Part shown: positions 18,928 through 28,653 of the stretch, one piece after another
Layout: each line of letters opens with the position of its first letter
Numbering within the stretch: the first letter of the stretch is position 1
Assembly (NCBI GenBank): GCA_000990005.1
Contig: LBPF01000003.1
Location: forward strand, 71,479 to 135,478
Origin: Candidatus Woesebacteria bacterium GW2011_GWB1_33_38
GTDB lineage: Bacteria; Patescibacteriota; Microgenomatia; UBA8517
Reading direction: 5' to 3'
Length of the DNA: 64,000 nucleotides
The notes under the pieces: generated by a model
The model's input: the letters and a program-made list of their open reading frames with translations, nothing else
The model's database searches: none
What the model was told of the DNA's origin: nothing
Made by a program: the position numbers and the translations under genes

Positions 18928-19452
18928 GTGAAGCATATGAATTATTACCAACAACCAGAAAGAGAATTTAACGAGACAGTAGTTCAAATTAACAGGATTT
19001 CTAAAAAGACCAAAGGTGGAAATCAGATTAGATTTGGAGCGGTAATTGTCTTGGGAGATAAAAAAGGTAAAGTTGGCATGGGAATTTCAAAAGCCACAGA
19101 CGTCCGAAATGCTATTCGAAAAGCAATTGAAGATGCAAAGAAAAACATGATTACTATTACAATGAAAGGAACAACAATTCCCTATTCAGTGATATCGAAA
19201 ATGGGAGCTTCAAAGGTATTACTTAAACCAGCACCCCCAGGCTCAGGTATTATTGCAGGAGGACCTATGAGAGTAGTTCTTGAATCATCTGGTCTTCGAG
19301 ATGTTGTAGGTAAGACATTAGGTGGAAGCAGTAAAATTGGAAGTGTTAGAGCAACTATTCAAGCTTTACAAATGACATCGAAGTTAAAGGACAAAAAGGA
19401 TTACCAAAGAGATCAAAAGAGTAATAAAAAGGAGGAAAAAAAGAATGTCTAA
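18928..19452 (+). CDS. rpsE: 30S ribosomal protein S5 (lysine-rich C-terminal extension)
   Basis: S5 dsRBD-like sequence; synteny. Confidence 0.92.
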   Translation: MKHMNYYQQPEREFNETVVQINRISKKTKGGNQIRFGAVIVLGDKKGKVGMGISKATDVRNAIRKAIEDAKKNMITITMKGTTIPYSVISKMGASKVLLKPAPPGSGIIAGGPMRVVLESSGLRDVVGKTLGGSSKIGSVRATIQALQMTSKLKDKKDYQRDQKSNKKEEKKNV

Positions 19453-19810
19453 GAGATTGGGACGTGGATATGGTAGTGGAAAAGGGGGACACACAAGTGG
19501 TCGAGGTCAAAAGGGTCAAAAATCAAGAACCGATATACATATTCTTTTTCAAGGCTTGAAGGTTAAAAAGTCAACCTTAAAAAGATTACCTCTTCTTCGG
19601 GGTAGGGGTAAATTTTCAGCAAAATCTAAACCTGTTGAAATAGACATTCATAAGTTAAAAGATTTAAAAAAAGGAGAAAAAGTAAATGTCGAACTTTTAA
19701 TCAAAAAAAGTCTCGTAACCAAGAAAGATGCTATTTCCTACGGAGTTAAGATCTTAGGTACAAGTGATTTCAAGAAAGATCTTGTTTTTGAAGTACCTGT
19801 GTCAAAATAA
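19445..19810 (+). CDS. rplO: 50S ribosomal protein L15 (directly follows S5; no L30 gene)
   Basis: ..GRGYGSGKGGHTSGRGQKGQKSR.. L15. Confidence 0.92.
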   Translation: MSKRLGRGYGSGKGGHTSGRGQKGQKSRTDIHILFQGLKVKKSTLKRLPLLRGRGKFSAKSKPVEIDIHKLKDLKKGEKVNVELLIKKSLVTKKDAISYGVKILGTSDFKKDLVFEVPVSK

Positions 19811-19821
19811 TATAATATTTA

Positions 19822-21102
19822 ATGTTTTTATACATTGCCCAATTTTTTAAGAAAACAGTAACCGATAAGAGGCTTAGAAAAAAAATTCTTGTAGTAGCCC
19901 TAGCCCTGTTGGTATTTAGAATAGCAGCTCACATTCCAGCGGCTGGTATTGATAAGGAAAGCTTATCAGCTTTGTTTTTGGGTAGTCCTCTTCTTTCACT
20001 TTTGGATGTATTTTCAGGTGGAACTTTAGCTAATTTCTCTATAATGGCATTGGGTCTTAATCCATACATTAATGCATCAATTATTTTACAACTTTTAGGT
20101 TATGTCGTTCCCGCTCTTGAAGAACTACAAAAGGAAGGTGAATATGGACAAGAAAAAATAAATCAATACACAAGATTTTTAACTGTTCCACTGGCAATTT
20201 TACAATCGTTTGGTATGTATGCTCTTTTGAAATCTCAGAACATCATAGGCAACCTAAGTCTTATGCAACTTATTTTCCTTTGTTTAACAATGACAGCTGG
20301 TACCATGCTTGCTGTTTGGCTTGGAGATTTAATCACAGAATATGCATTTAAAAGTGGAGTGTCATTTTTGATTTTTGTTGGTATTATTTCAAGACTTCCA
20401 ATTGTTTTAGGACAGACAATTGCAACATTTAAAGCAGAAGATACTTTAAAGCTTATAATCTTTGCAGGGGTTGCGCTAATAGTTATGGGTCTTATCATTT
20501 TTGTTAATGAAGCGATCCGTCAGATTCCAATCAGTTATGCCAAAGCATCACGTGGTTTTCAGCAACAAAAATCATATTTACCACTAAGGTTAAATCAGGC
20601 TGGAGTTATACCTATTATTTTTGCTGTGTCACTGGTTTTAATGCCCTCAATGGTTACTCAGTTTTTGGGAGCTTCAGGAAACCAAACAGTTGTAAATGTT
20701 GCAACCAACGTACAAAAGTATTTTAATCCTCAGTCTTTGATTTATAATATAATTTACTTTTTATTAGTTGTTGGATTTACTTATTTTTACACATCAGTTG
20801 TCTTTAATCCTCAAAAAATTTCAGAAAATTTGCAAAAATCTGGGGGATTCATTCCTGGAATTAGGCCTGGGTCAGCAACAATTACCTATCTTTCATATGT
20901 TTTAAATAGACTTACATTGGTTGGTGCGTCATTTTTAGGCCTTGTTGCAGTCCTACCCTCACTTTTCCAAAATTCAATTGGAATATCTAACCTTGCAATT
21001 GGTGGAACAGGAGTTTTAATTGCGATTTCAGTAGTCCTCGAAATCATTCGTGAAATTGAAGGCGATCTTTTAATGAGTAAATATGGGGATTATACTAGAT
21101 AA
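19822..21102 (+). CDS. secY: Preprotein translocase subunit SecY
   Basis: 10-TM protein at the canonical position. Confidence 0.93.
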   Translation: MFLYIAQFFKKTVTDKRLRKKILVVALALLVFRIAAHIPAAGIDKESLSALFLGSPLLSLLDVFSGGTLANFSIMALGLNPYINASIILQLLGYVVPALEELQKEGEYGQEKINQYTRFLTVPLAILQSFGMYALLKSQNIIGNLSLMQLIFLCLTMTAGTMLAVWLGDLITEYAFKSGVSFLIFVGIISRLPIVLGQTIATFKAEDTLKLIIFAGVALIVMGLIIFVNEAIRQIPISYAKASRGFQQQKSYLPLRLNQAGVIPIIFAVSLVLMPSMVTQFLGASGNQTVVNVATNVQKYFNPQSLIYNIIYFLLVVGFTYFYTSVVFNPQKISENLQKSGGFIPGIRPGSATITYLSYVLNRLTLVGASFLGLVAVLPSLFQNSIGISNLAIGGTGVLIAISVVLEIIREIEGDLLMSKYGDYTR

Positions 21103-21103
21103 G

Positions 21104-21856
21104 ATGAAAAATAATCCAAAACAAAACAATTCTCTAATTATTTTATTATCTGTTCTTTTATTAATCTCTTGTATAATTGCAGGCATTTTTGCATATCAAG
21201 TTCAAAACTTAACTAAAGAAATAAAGAAATTGAAAACTGAACAATTATTAACTCAAACTCCAGCTCCAACTCTTGACCTAACAGCCAATTGGAAAACATA
21301 TACTAATGAAGATCTTTCTTTTAAATATCCTTCAGACTGGTTAAGATCAGGGGATGTAATATCACCAGATATGCCTGGAAGTCCACATAACAATCTTTAT
21401 CCTTATGGTTTATTTTTGAATGTTTTTGACAAAAACGCTACCCTGAAAACAAATGCGTACACATATAGTGGATGTATGAAAGAAACATCAACCCAAACCG
21501 TTAATGGAGTTTTTATTAAGAGATTTATTGAAATAAATACAGGGCAATGTAAAGATCGTGATCAAAAACAAAGAATAATTTGGATTGTACCGTCTGCATC
21601 AAGCTATGGTCCTAGCGTGGCAGTATTCTATCAGGTAGACGACTCTGAACAAGTTGAACAAATTGTTACACAAATTCTTTCCACATTTAAATTTCTAGAT
21701 AATGAAATTACCTCTATAATAACTTCTGATGAATTGAATAATGGTTGGTATTGGGGATTTAAAGATCAAAAGAAGTTAAATACTCCATCAGATTGGGTGT
21801 ATCAAGAAGTTGGTAGGAGTTCCTGTTGGCATAAAGTGGGAGTTTTGTGTCAATGA
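21104..21856 (+). CDS. Hypothetical single-pass membrane/secreted Cys-containing protein inserted between secY and adk
   Basis: N-terminal TM helix then a soluble domain; the listed ORF begins at 21083 inside the secY end, but the ATG at 21104 is more plausible; overlaps the adk start. Confidence 0.55.
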   Translation: MKNNPKQNNSLIILLSVLLLISCIIAGIFAYQVQNLTKEIKKLKTEQLLTQTPAPTLDLTANWKTYTNEDLSFKYPSDWLRSGDVISPDMPGSPHNNLYPYGLFLNVFDKNATLKTNAYTYSGCMKETSTQTVNGVFIKRFIEINTGQCKDRDQKQRIIWIVPSASSYGPSVAVFYQVDDSEQVEQIVTQILSTFKFLDNEITSIITSDELNNGWYWGFKDQKKLNTPSDWVYQEVGRSSCWHKVGVLCQ

Positions 21857-22401
21857 ACATAATACTTTTTGGGCCACAAGGATCAGGGAAGGGAACACAA
21901 GCAAGGCTTTTATGCGAAAAATTCGGATTTTTTTACTTTGAATCAGGAGCTTATCTTAGAAAATTAGCCAAAGACCATCCAGAGATGAAAACTGTTATGG
22001 ATTCTGGCAAACTTGTTCCTGACGAGGAATTTACATCATATCTAACTGCTTATTTAGACCAAGAAAATTTATATGACGACATTTTATTTGATGGTTTTCC
22101 AAGAACCTTAGACCAATATAATTTTTTAAAAAATTGGTTAGTACAAAAACAAGTCAAAATCGACCTAGGGATTGTTTTAGAAATAAGCGAAAAAGAAACT
22201 TTAAAGAGGTTACTACTTAGAAAAAGAGAAGACGATACACCTGAAGCAATTGTTAAAAGGCTGTCACTTTATAAAAGTAGAACAGAGGTTTTAATTAATG
22301 AGATAAGAAAAGATGCTGAGGTGATAGAAGTTGATGGAGAAAGATCAATTGAGGCAATTCAAAAAGATTTAGTACAAATTATAGAAAAACTTTATAAATA
22401 A
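21847..22401 (+). CDS. adk: Adenylate kinase (short form)
   Basis: GPQGSGKGTQ P-loop. Confidence 0.92.
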   Translation: MSMNIILFGPQGSGKGTQARLLCEKFGFFYFESGAYLRKLAKDHPEMKTVMDSGKLVPDEEFTSYLTAYLDQENLYDDILFDGFPRTLDQYNFLKNWLVQKQVKIDLGIVLEISEKETLKRLLLRKREDDTPEAIVKRLSLYKSRTEVLINEIRKDAEVIEVDGERSIEAIQKDLVQIIEKLYK

Positions 22402-22436
22402 ATGGATAAGCATAGCTTGTCAATAAAATAAATTTT

Positions 22437-23192
22437 ATGGATAAATTTTCACTTAAAACCTCAGAAGAATTGGAAATCATGAAAGAAGGAGGTAAAAAAC
22501 TTTCTTTAATTAAAAATGAATTAGTTAAAGCTTCTAAAGTTGGTGTTTCTGCAGCCACAATTGATGATTTGGCTGAAAAGTTAATATTAGAATCAGGTGG
22601 AAAACCATCTTTTAAAATGATTAAAGGATATTCTTGGAGTACATGCATTAATGTGAATAGTGGTGTAGTTCATGGTATACCACACAAAAATTTAATTTTT
22701 AAAGAAGGTGATCTTGTCAGTATTGACTTAGGGCTATATTACAAAGGCTTTCATACAGACACATCAATCTCTTTCGATTTAAACGGATCGAAAGTAGTAA
22801 AAAAATTTTTAAATGCAGGAAAACTTGCATTTGACAATGCAGTTTCTTCAATTGATCCTAATAATTCTTATGTTTATGATATATCTAAGGCCATTGAAGA
22901 TACTGTCAAAAAGTATGGATTTAGTCCAATTTTAGATTTGACTGGACATGGAATAGGAAGAAATTTACATGAAAACCCATATATTCCTTGTTTTATGGAA
23001 GGAATTAGAATTGAAACTCCTAAAATTGTCCACGGAATGGCCTTAGCAATTGAAGTAATGTATGTTGAAGGAAGTCCTTCTTTGGTCAAAGAAAATGACG
23101 GGTGGACAATAGCAACTCAGGATGGTAAAATAGCAGGACTTTTCGAAGATACAATTATTGTTACTGAGAAAGGATATGAAATAATCACCTAG
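22437..23192 (+). CDS. map: Methionine aminopeptidase type I
   Basis: Pita-bread fold motifs; synteny. Confidence 0.9.
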   Translation: MDKFSLKTSEELEIMKEGGKKLSLIKNELVKASKVGVSAATIDDLAEKLILESGGKPSFKMIKGYSWSTCINVNSGVVHGIPHKNLIFKEGDLVSIDLGLYYKGFHTDTSISFDLNGSKVVKKFLNAGKLAFDNAVSSIDPNNSYVYDISKAIEDTVKKYGFSPILDLTGHGIGRNLHENPYIPCFMEGIRIETPKIVHGMALAIEVMYVEGSPSLVKENDGWTIATQDGKIAGLFEDTIIVTEKGYEIIT

Positions 23193-23208
23193 GTGATTAT
23201 TTTTTGCC

Positions 23209-23424
23209 ATGAAAACAGATGGAAGTTACATACTTGAGGGAACAGTTACAGAACTCTTGCCAAATACGATGTTTAGAGTGGTTACTGTAGATGGAAAAAG
23301 CTTACTTACTACACTTAAAGGTAAGATGCGTAAAGCGTATGTTAGAGTTTTTCCTGGAGACAAAGTTAGAGTAGAAATGACAAAATATGATGAGGAAAGA
23401 GGAAGGATAGTATATAAATATTAA
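23209..23424 (+). CDS. infA: Translation initiation factor IF-1
   Basis: 71 aa S1-like domain; synteny. Confidence 0.92.
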   Translation: MKTDGSYILEGTVTELLPNTMFRVVTVDGKSLLTTLKGKMRKAYVRVFPGDKVRVEMTKYDEERGRIVYKY

Positions 23425-23430
23425 AATTAT

Positions 23431-23544
23431 ATGCAAGTATTAGCGTCAATTAAAAAAAGGTGTAAAGATTGTAAAATTATTAAAAGGGCTGGAGTTTTAC
23501 GTGTAATTTGTAAAAATCCAAGACACAAATCAAGACAAGGGTAA
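23431..23544 (+). CDS. rpmJ: 50S ribosomal protein L36
   Basis: Translated manually as [37 protein letters not shown]; below the length cutoff of the ORF track. Confidence 0.9.
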   Translation: MQVLASIKKRCKDCKIIKRAGVLRVICKNPRHKSRQG

Positions 23545-23556
23545 TTGAAAAAAAAT

Positions 23557-23958
23557 ATGGCAAGAATAACAGGAATAGAATTAAACGACAATTGGAAGAT
23601 AGATTATGCTTTAACTAGAATTAAAGGGATTGGTTGGCCTACCTCTAAAAAGATATTAGCACTGCTTAAATTTGATTTAACAAAAAGAATCAAAGATTTA
23701 TCAGCTGAAGAATTAAATACAATTACAACTAAACTCGAGGAATTTCCAACAGAGGGAGATTTAGCCAGAAGAGTGAAAGGAAATATCACTAGACTTCAAG
23801 CTATTGGTTCATATAGAGGCTTAAGACACTCTAAAGGCTTACCAGCCAGAGGCCAAAGAACAAAGACAAATGCTAGAACTAAAAGAGGTAAAAGAAAGAC
23901 AGTTGGGGCATTTAAGAAGGAAGCTTTAACTAAACAAGCAAGTGCATCGGCAAAATAA
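23557..23958 (+). CDS. rpsM: 30S ribosomal protein S13
   Basis: MARITGIELN.. S13 consensus (the listed ORF starts at 23545). Confidence 0.93.
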   Translation: MARITGIELNDNWKIDYALTRIKGIGWPTSKKILALLKFDLTKRIKDLSAEELNTITTKLEEFPTEGDLARRVKGNITRLQAIGSYRGLRHSKGLPARGQRTKTNARTKRGKRKTVGAFKKEALTKQASASAK

Positions 23959-23964
23959 AAATAT

Positions 23965-24342
23965 ATGGCAATCAAAAAAACAACAATAACTAAAAAGGAA
24001 GGACCAGCAAAAATATATATATCTGCGTCTTTTAATAATACTTTAGTTTCTGTTTGTGATGAAACTGGAGCAACACTTGCTTGGTGCTCGTCTGGAGCAT
24101 CTGGTTTTAAGGGAACAAGAAAATCAACACCCTTTGCAGCAACAACTGCGGTTGAGACTGTTATTAAAAAAGCTAAAGAAAAAGGTGTTGAAGAAATCGA
24201 AATTTATGTCAAGGGTCCAGGACCGGGTAGGGATGCTGCTCTTCGTGCAGTTAAAGCATCTGGCATTAAGATTTCGTTAATCGCTGATGTTACACCTATC
24301 CCGCATAACGGACCAAGACCAAAAAAGAAAAGGAGAGTATAA
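23965..24342 (+). CDS. rpsK: 30S ribosomal protein S11
   Basis: S11 consensus. Confidence 0.93.
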   Translation: MAIKKTTITKKEGPAKIYISASFNNTLVSVCDETGATLAWCSSGASGFKGTRKSTPFAATTAVETVIKKAKEKGVEEIEIYVKGPGPGRDAALRAVKASGIKISLIADVTPIPHNGPRPKKKRRV

Positions 24343-24354
24343 CTTTAAACTAAA

Positions 24355-24957
24355 ATGGCTAAATATAACGGACCTAAAGATAGATTAAGTAGAAGAGAAG
24401 GAGTTGACCTTTTCAATAAAGGGGCAAAACTAACCCGTCTTAATATTTTGCCAGGTGTTCATGGACCAAAAGGTCAAAAAAGGGCCCCTTCACAATATGG
24501 TAAACAACTCCGAGAGAAACAAAAAGTTAAAAGAATTTATGGTATTTTAGAAAAACAATTTAGAATTTATGTAGAAAAGGCCTTAAAATCAAAAGGTAAC
24601 ACGGGGGAGGCTTTGCTAGTATTGCTTGAAAAACGACTAGATAATGTTGTCTATAAATTGGGATTTGCCACCACCCGTCCAATGGCCAGACAACTTGTAT
24701 CCCACAGGCATGTTTTAGTTAATGGTAAGAAAGTAAATATTCCATCATTTCAAGTTAAAGCGGGTGATGTTGTTTCATTAACCCCCGCAATAATTGAGAT
24801 GTCGCTTGTTAAAAAACTTGTTAGTGACACTGAATATGAAGCACCTTCTTGGTTAGAACGAAAAGTAAGTTTAGGAAAAGTAACAAGAGATCCAATTAGA
24901 TCAGACATTATCGAATTAGTTTCTGAACAAGACATTGTAGAATTTTACTCACGATAA
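24355..24957 (+). CDS. rpsD: 30S ribosomal protein S4
   Basis: S4 consensus, S4 RNA-binding domain. Confidence 0.93.
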   Translation: MAKYNGPKDRLSRREGVDLFNKGAKLTRLNILPGVHGPKGQKRAPSQYGKQLREKQKVKRIYGILEKQFRIYVEKALKSKGNTGEALLVLLEKRLDNVVYKLGFATTRPMARQLVSHRHVLVNGKKVNIPSFQVKAGDVVSLTPAIIEMSLVKKLVSDTEYEAPSWLERKVSLGKVTRDPIRSDIIELVSEQDIVEFYSR

Positions 24958-24987
24958 TGGTACAATCCATTTTCGTGTTTTAAGGAG

Positions 24988-25845
24988 GTGATATTTTATG
25001 TCACTCCTTTAGAACAGGGTTACGGCTTTACACTGGGTAATTCATTAAGAAGAGTTTTATTGACCTCGTTGGAGGGTGCAGCAATTATCTCTGTTAAAAT
25101 CGCTGGAGTCAAACATCAATTTTCAGGCCTAACTGGCATGAAAGAGGATATTGTTAAGTTCTGTTTGAATTTAAAGAAAGTTAGAATTGCATACAGTGGA
25201 GATAAACCAGTTAACGCATCTTTAAAAGTTACAACTGCTGGTGAAGTTAAAGCATCAGATATCAAACTTCCAACTGGTGCTGAAGTTACAAATCCGGATT
25301 TAATCTTGGCAGTTCTTAATAAGGGTGCAAAACTAGATGCAGATTTAGTAATTGAATCAGGTACAGGATATGTTTCAGCTGATACAAAAAGTTCTACCGA
25401 AATCGGAATGATTCCACTTGATGCGTCATTTTCACCTATATTACGTGTTAATTATAAAGTTGAAGAGACTCGTGTGGGAAGACTTACAAACTTTGATAAA
25501 CTAACACTTGAAGTTTGGACAGATGGAACAATTGCCCCTAAAGATGCTGTAATTAAGGCGTCACTTGTTTTAGTTTCATACTTCAACCAAATTGTTAACC
25601 CAGTTAAGGTAGAAGTGAAAGCAACAGAAAAAGTTACTAACGACTTAGGGCTTGTGGGAAGACTTTCTGTGGAAGAAATAGGACTCCCAACAAGAGTTGC
25701 CAATGCACTGGCTAAAGCCGGTTTTGAGACAGTTGAAAGCTTAGTTAATGCAGATAAATCAGAACTTGTAAAAGTAAGAAATTTAGGAGAGAAATCTCTA
25801 AAAATTATCTCAGCAGCACTTGGTGAGAAAGGAGTGAGTTTTTAA
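24988..25845 (+). CDS. rpoA: DNA-directed RNA polymerase subunit alpha (N-terminus ~20 aa shorter than usual, GTG start)
   Basis: ..PLEQGYGFTLGNSLRRVLL.. and C-terminal domain (CTD). Confidence 0.88.
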   Translation: MIFYVTPLEQGYGFTLGNSLRRVLLTSLEGAAIISVKIAGVKHQFSGLTGMKEDIVKFCLNLKKVRIAYSGDKPVNASLKVTTAGEVKASDIKLPTGAEVTNPDLILAVLNKGAKLDADLVIESGTGYVSADTKSSTEIGMIPLDASFSPILRVNYKVEETRVGRLTNFDKLTLEVWTDGTIAPKDAVIKASLVLVSYFNQIVNPVKVEVKATEKVTNDLGLVGRLSVEEIGLPTRVANALAKAGFETVESLVNADKSELVKVRNLGEKSLKIISAALGEKGVSF

Positions 25846-25846
25846 G

Positions 25847-26233
25847 GTGAGAAAAAGAGTTTTTGGTAAAAAACTTTCTCGAGAGAGAGCAACTAGAGGA
25901 GCTTTATTTGTTTCTTTAGTGGAGTCTTTGGTGTTAAATAAAAAAATCAAGACAACCAAAGCTAAAGCTAAGGCTATCTCTGGAATGATTGATAAATTAG
26001 TAACTTTAGCTAAAAAAGATACATTAGCAAGTAAAAGACAGATCCTGAAGAATTTAAGAGGTAATAAAGCGGTTGCAACAATTCTTTGGACTGAAATTGC
26101 TAAATCTTTTGAAAATAAAAATAGTGGATTTACTAGGGCCATTCCTCTTGTGTCTAGAAAAGGTGACATGGCAGAAATGGTTAGAATAGAGTGGACATAT
26201 GAAAACTTATCAACCAAAACAAAAAGAGATTAA
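25847..26233 (+). CDS. rplQ: 50S ribosomal protein L17
   Basis: Synteny and L17-like sequence. Confidence 0.9.
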   Translation: MRKRVFGKKLSRERATRGALFVSLVESLVLNKKIKTTKAKAKAISGMIDKLVTLAKKDTLASKRQILKNLRGNKAVATILWTEIAKSFENKNSGFTRAIPLVSRKGDMAEMVRIEWTYENLSTKTKRD

Positions 26234-26612
26234 AAGAGACTGGCATCTAGTTGATGCTAAAGATCAAGTCTTGGGAAGGCTATCTACAAAAGTAGCTATT
26301 CTTTTGATGGGTAAACAAAAAACTACCTATTCAGCCCATATGGACTCTGGAGATATTGTAGTTATTGTTAACGCCGAGAAAGTTGTAACAACTGGCAAAA
26401 AATCTTTAAATAAAGTTTACAGAAGCCATTCAGGTTATCCTGGAGGTTTTAAAGAGGTAACTTTTGAAAAAATGGCTAAAGAGCATCCAAATCGTATAAT
26501 AGAGTTTGCAGTTAATGGGATGTTACCAGATAATAGATTAAAAGCGGATCGGATGGCGAGACTTTTTGTTTTTAAAGGAGAAAAACATAAATATGAAAGC
26601 AAGTTCAAGTAA
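26199..26612 (+). CDS. rplM: 50S ribosomal protein L13
   Basis: MKTYQPKQKEIKRDWHLVDA.. L13. Confidence 0.92.
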   Translation: MKTYQPKQKEIKRDWHLVDAKDQVLGRLSTKVAILLMGKQKTTYSAHMDSGDIVVIVNAEKVVTTGKKSLNKVYRSHSGYPGGFKEVTFEKMAKEHPNRIIEFAVNGMLPDNRLKADRMARLFVFKGEKHKYESKFK

Positions 26613-26979
26613 AAAATATATTTTTGCTGTAGGTAGAAGAAAAACATCAACAGCTAGGGTTCGTTTGTTTAAAGGTACTGGTGAAAATTTGATTAATGGT
26701 AAAAAAGTTTTAGGATCATTAATCGAAAAAACATTTAAGGTTGTAGGTTCACTTGGAAAGTTTTATTTTACTTCTAAAGTTTCAGGCGGTGGAGTTAAGA
26801 GTCAAGTTGAGGCTACAATTCATGGAATTTCAAGATCCTTGGTTAAGTTAGATCCAGAAAAATTCAGAAGTTTATTAAAAAAGGAAGGTCTTTTGACGAG
26901 GGACTCAAGAGAAAGACAGAGACGTATGGTGGGAACAGGTGGAAAAGCAAGACATAAAAAACAGTCTCCAAAGAGATGA
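26593..26979 (+). CDS. rpsI: 30S ribosomal protein S9
   Basis: ..GRRKTSTARV..; ATG at 26593 preceded by AAAGGAG (the listed ORF starts at TTG 26566). Confidence 0.9.
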   Translation: MKASSSKKYIFAVGRRKTSTARVRLFKGTGENLINGKKVLGSLIEKTFKVVGSLGKFYFTSKVSGGGVKSQVEATIHGISRSLVKLDPEKFRSLLKKEGLLTRDSRERQRRMVGTGGKARHKKQSPKR

Positions 26980-27977
26980 TGAAACTTATTAAGAAAAAGT
27001 GGAAACTTCTGTCTGTTTTATTGATTATTGCTATTATAATTACATTTTTAATATCCAAAAAAAATAATTTTAGTTTAAAAACAGCAACTATTCAAAAAGG
27101 TAATATTTCAGAAGAATTAATTTTATCAGGCGATATTTCAGCTTCTAATTATGCAAAACTAGCTTATGAAACTTCAGGCAAAGTGAGCTATATTGGTGTT
27201 AAGGAAGGCGAAACTGTTAAAAAAGGTAAACTTTTAAGTAAACTTGATACCACAGTTTTAAATTCAAGTTATCAAATAGCATTATCTAATTTAAGAATCT
27301 ACGATGCTACAGCTCAAAATATTTTAGATCAGGTAAAAAACCATTCTAGTGATGAAACATACTCCCAGAAAGATTCAAGGACTACGGCGGAAGCAAATAA
27401 AGATAAAGCTTACGAAGCGGTGATTTCGGCAAAAAGAAATCTTGATGGGGCCTCCATTTATGCTCCATTTAATGGAATTGTTACTTTTGTTGCCCACCCT
27501 TTTTCTGGAGTTTTTGTAAGTTTTGGTGCAACTGAAATCGAAATCATTGATCCTACTACAATGTATTTTTCTGTTTTAGCGGATCAGACTGAGGTAACAA
27601 AACTTATAAATGGACAAAAGGTACAAATAGTTTTAGATTCCTTTGAAGATAAAACTTATGAAGGCAAAGTTTATAATATTTCATTTGTACCAAAGATAGG
27701 AGAATCCGGTTCAGTTTATTCAGTTAAAGTTTTGTTTAGTGGGGTTAACCTTCTTGATTCAAAGTTTAAGATTGCCATGACGGGAGATGCTAAGTTTGTA
27801 ACTTCTGAAAAAGAAAACGCATTTTATGTACCAAGTAATTTTGTTAAGCAGGATAAAAATGGAAACTTTGTAAAACTTAATCAAAAAGATAAACTTTACA
27901 TAAAAATAGGAATTGAGTCTTCAGATTTTACTGAAATAGTTGGGGATATTGAGGAAGGTTTAGTCGTATATGATTAA
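26976..27977 (+). CDS. HlyD/MacA-family periplasmic efflux adaptor
   Basis: N-terminal TM anchor, biotinyl-lipoyl-like and beta-barrel regions; tandem with the MacB-like ATPase and permease. Confidence 0.7.
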   Translation: MMKLIKKKWKLLSVLLIIAIIITFLISKKNNFSLKTATIQKGNISEELILSGDISASNYAKLAYETSGKVSYIGVKEGETVKKGKLLSKLDTTVLNSSYQIALSNLRIYDATAQNILDQVKNHSSDETYSQKDSRTTAEANKDKAYEAVISAKRNLDGASIYAPFNGIVTFVAHPFSGVFVSFGATEIEIIDPTTMYFSVLADQTEVTKLINGQKVQIVLDSFEDKTYEGKVYNISFVPKIGESGSVYSVKVLFSGVNLLDSKFKIAMTGDAKFVTSEKENAFYVPSNFVKQDKNGNFVKLNQKDKLYIKIGIESSDFTEIVGDIEEGLVVYD

Positions 27978-28647
27978 ACTTATAAATATAAGTAAGACCT
28001 ATCTTTTAGGCGAAGATGAAGTTAGAGCAGTGGACAATGCTTCAGTAAATATTAAAAAGGGTGAATATGTTGCAATACTAGGTTCTTCAGGCTCTGGAAA
28101 ATCAACTTTAATGCACATTATTGGCTTACTCGATAGGCCCACTAGCGGTAAAGTCTTAATTAATGGCAAGGACATTTCAAAAATAACAGACGATGAATTA
28201 TCTATTATTAGAAATACTTATGTGGGTTTTGTGTTTCAGCAATTTAACTTAATAAATAAACTAACAGTTTTAGAAAATGTGGCTCTTCCCGCAATTTATT
28301 TTAAAGACAAATTAAACTTCGACCCAGTTAAAAAAGCTAAAGAATTATTAAAACAATTTGGTATGGGAGAAAGACTTAACTTCTATCCAAATAAAATATC
28401 AGGAGGGCAACAACAAAGGGTTGCAATTGCTAGAAGCCTAATTATGAACCCAGACCTTATTTTAGCTGATGAACCAACAGGAAACTTAGACAGTAAAACA
28501 GGTAATGAGATTTTAGGTATTTTGGAGGATTTAAACAAAAAACTTAAAGTGACTGTTGTTCTAGTAACACACGAAAAAGATGTTGCAGACAGAACTGATC
28601 GAAAAATTTATATTAAAGATGGAAAAATTGTAAATAAATATTTATAA
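27970..28647 (+). CDS. ABC transporter ATP-binding protein (MacB/LolD-like)
   Basis: Walker A GSSGSGKST, signature LSGGQQQRV, Walker B ILADEPT. Confidence 0.9.
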   Translation: MIKLINISKTYLLGEDEVRAVDNASVNIKKGEYVAILGSSGSGKSTLMHIIGLLDRPTSGKVLINGKDISKITDDELSIIRNTYVGFVFQQFNLINKLTVLENVALPAIYFKDKLNFDPVKKAKELLKQFGMGERLNFYPNKISGGQQQRVAIARSLIMNPDLILADEPTGNLDSKTGNEILGILEDLNKKLKVTVVLVTHEKDVADRTDRKIYIKDGKIVNKYL

Positions 28648-28653
28648 AAAATT

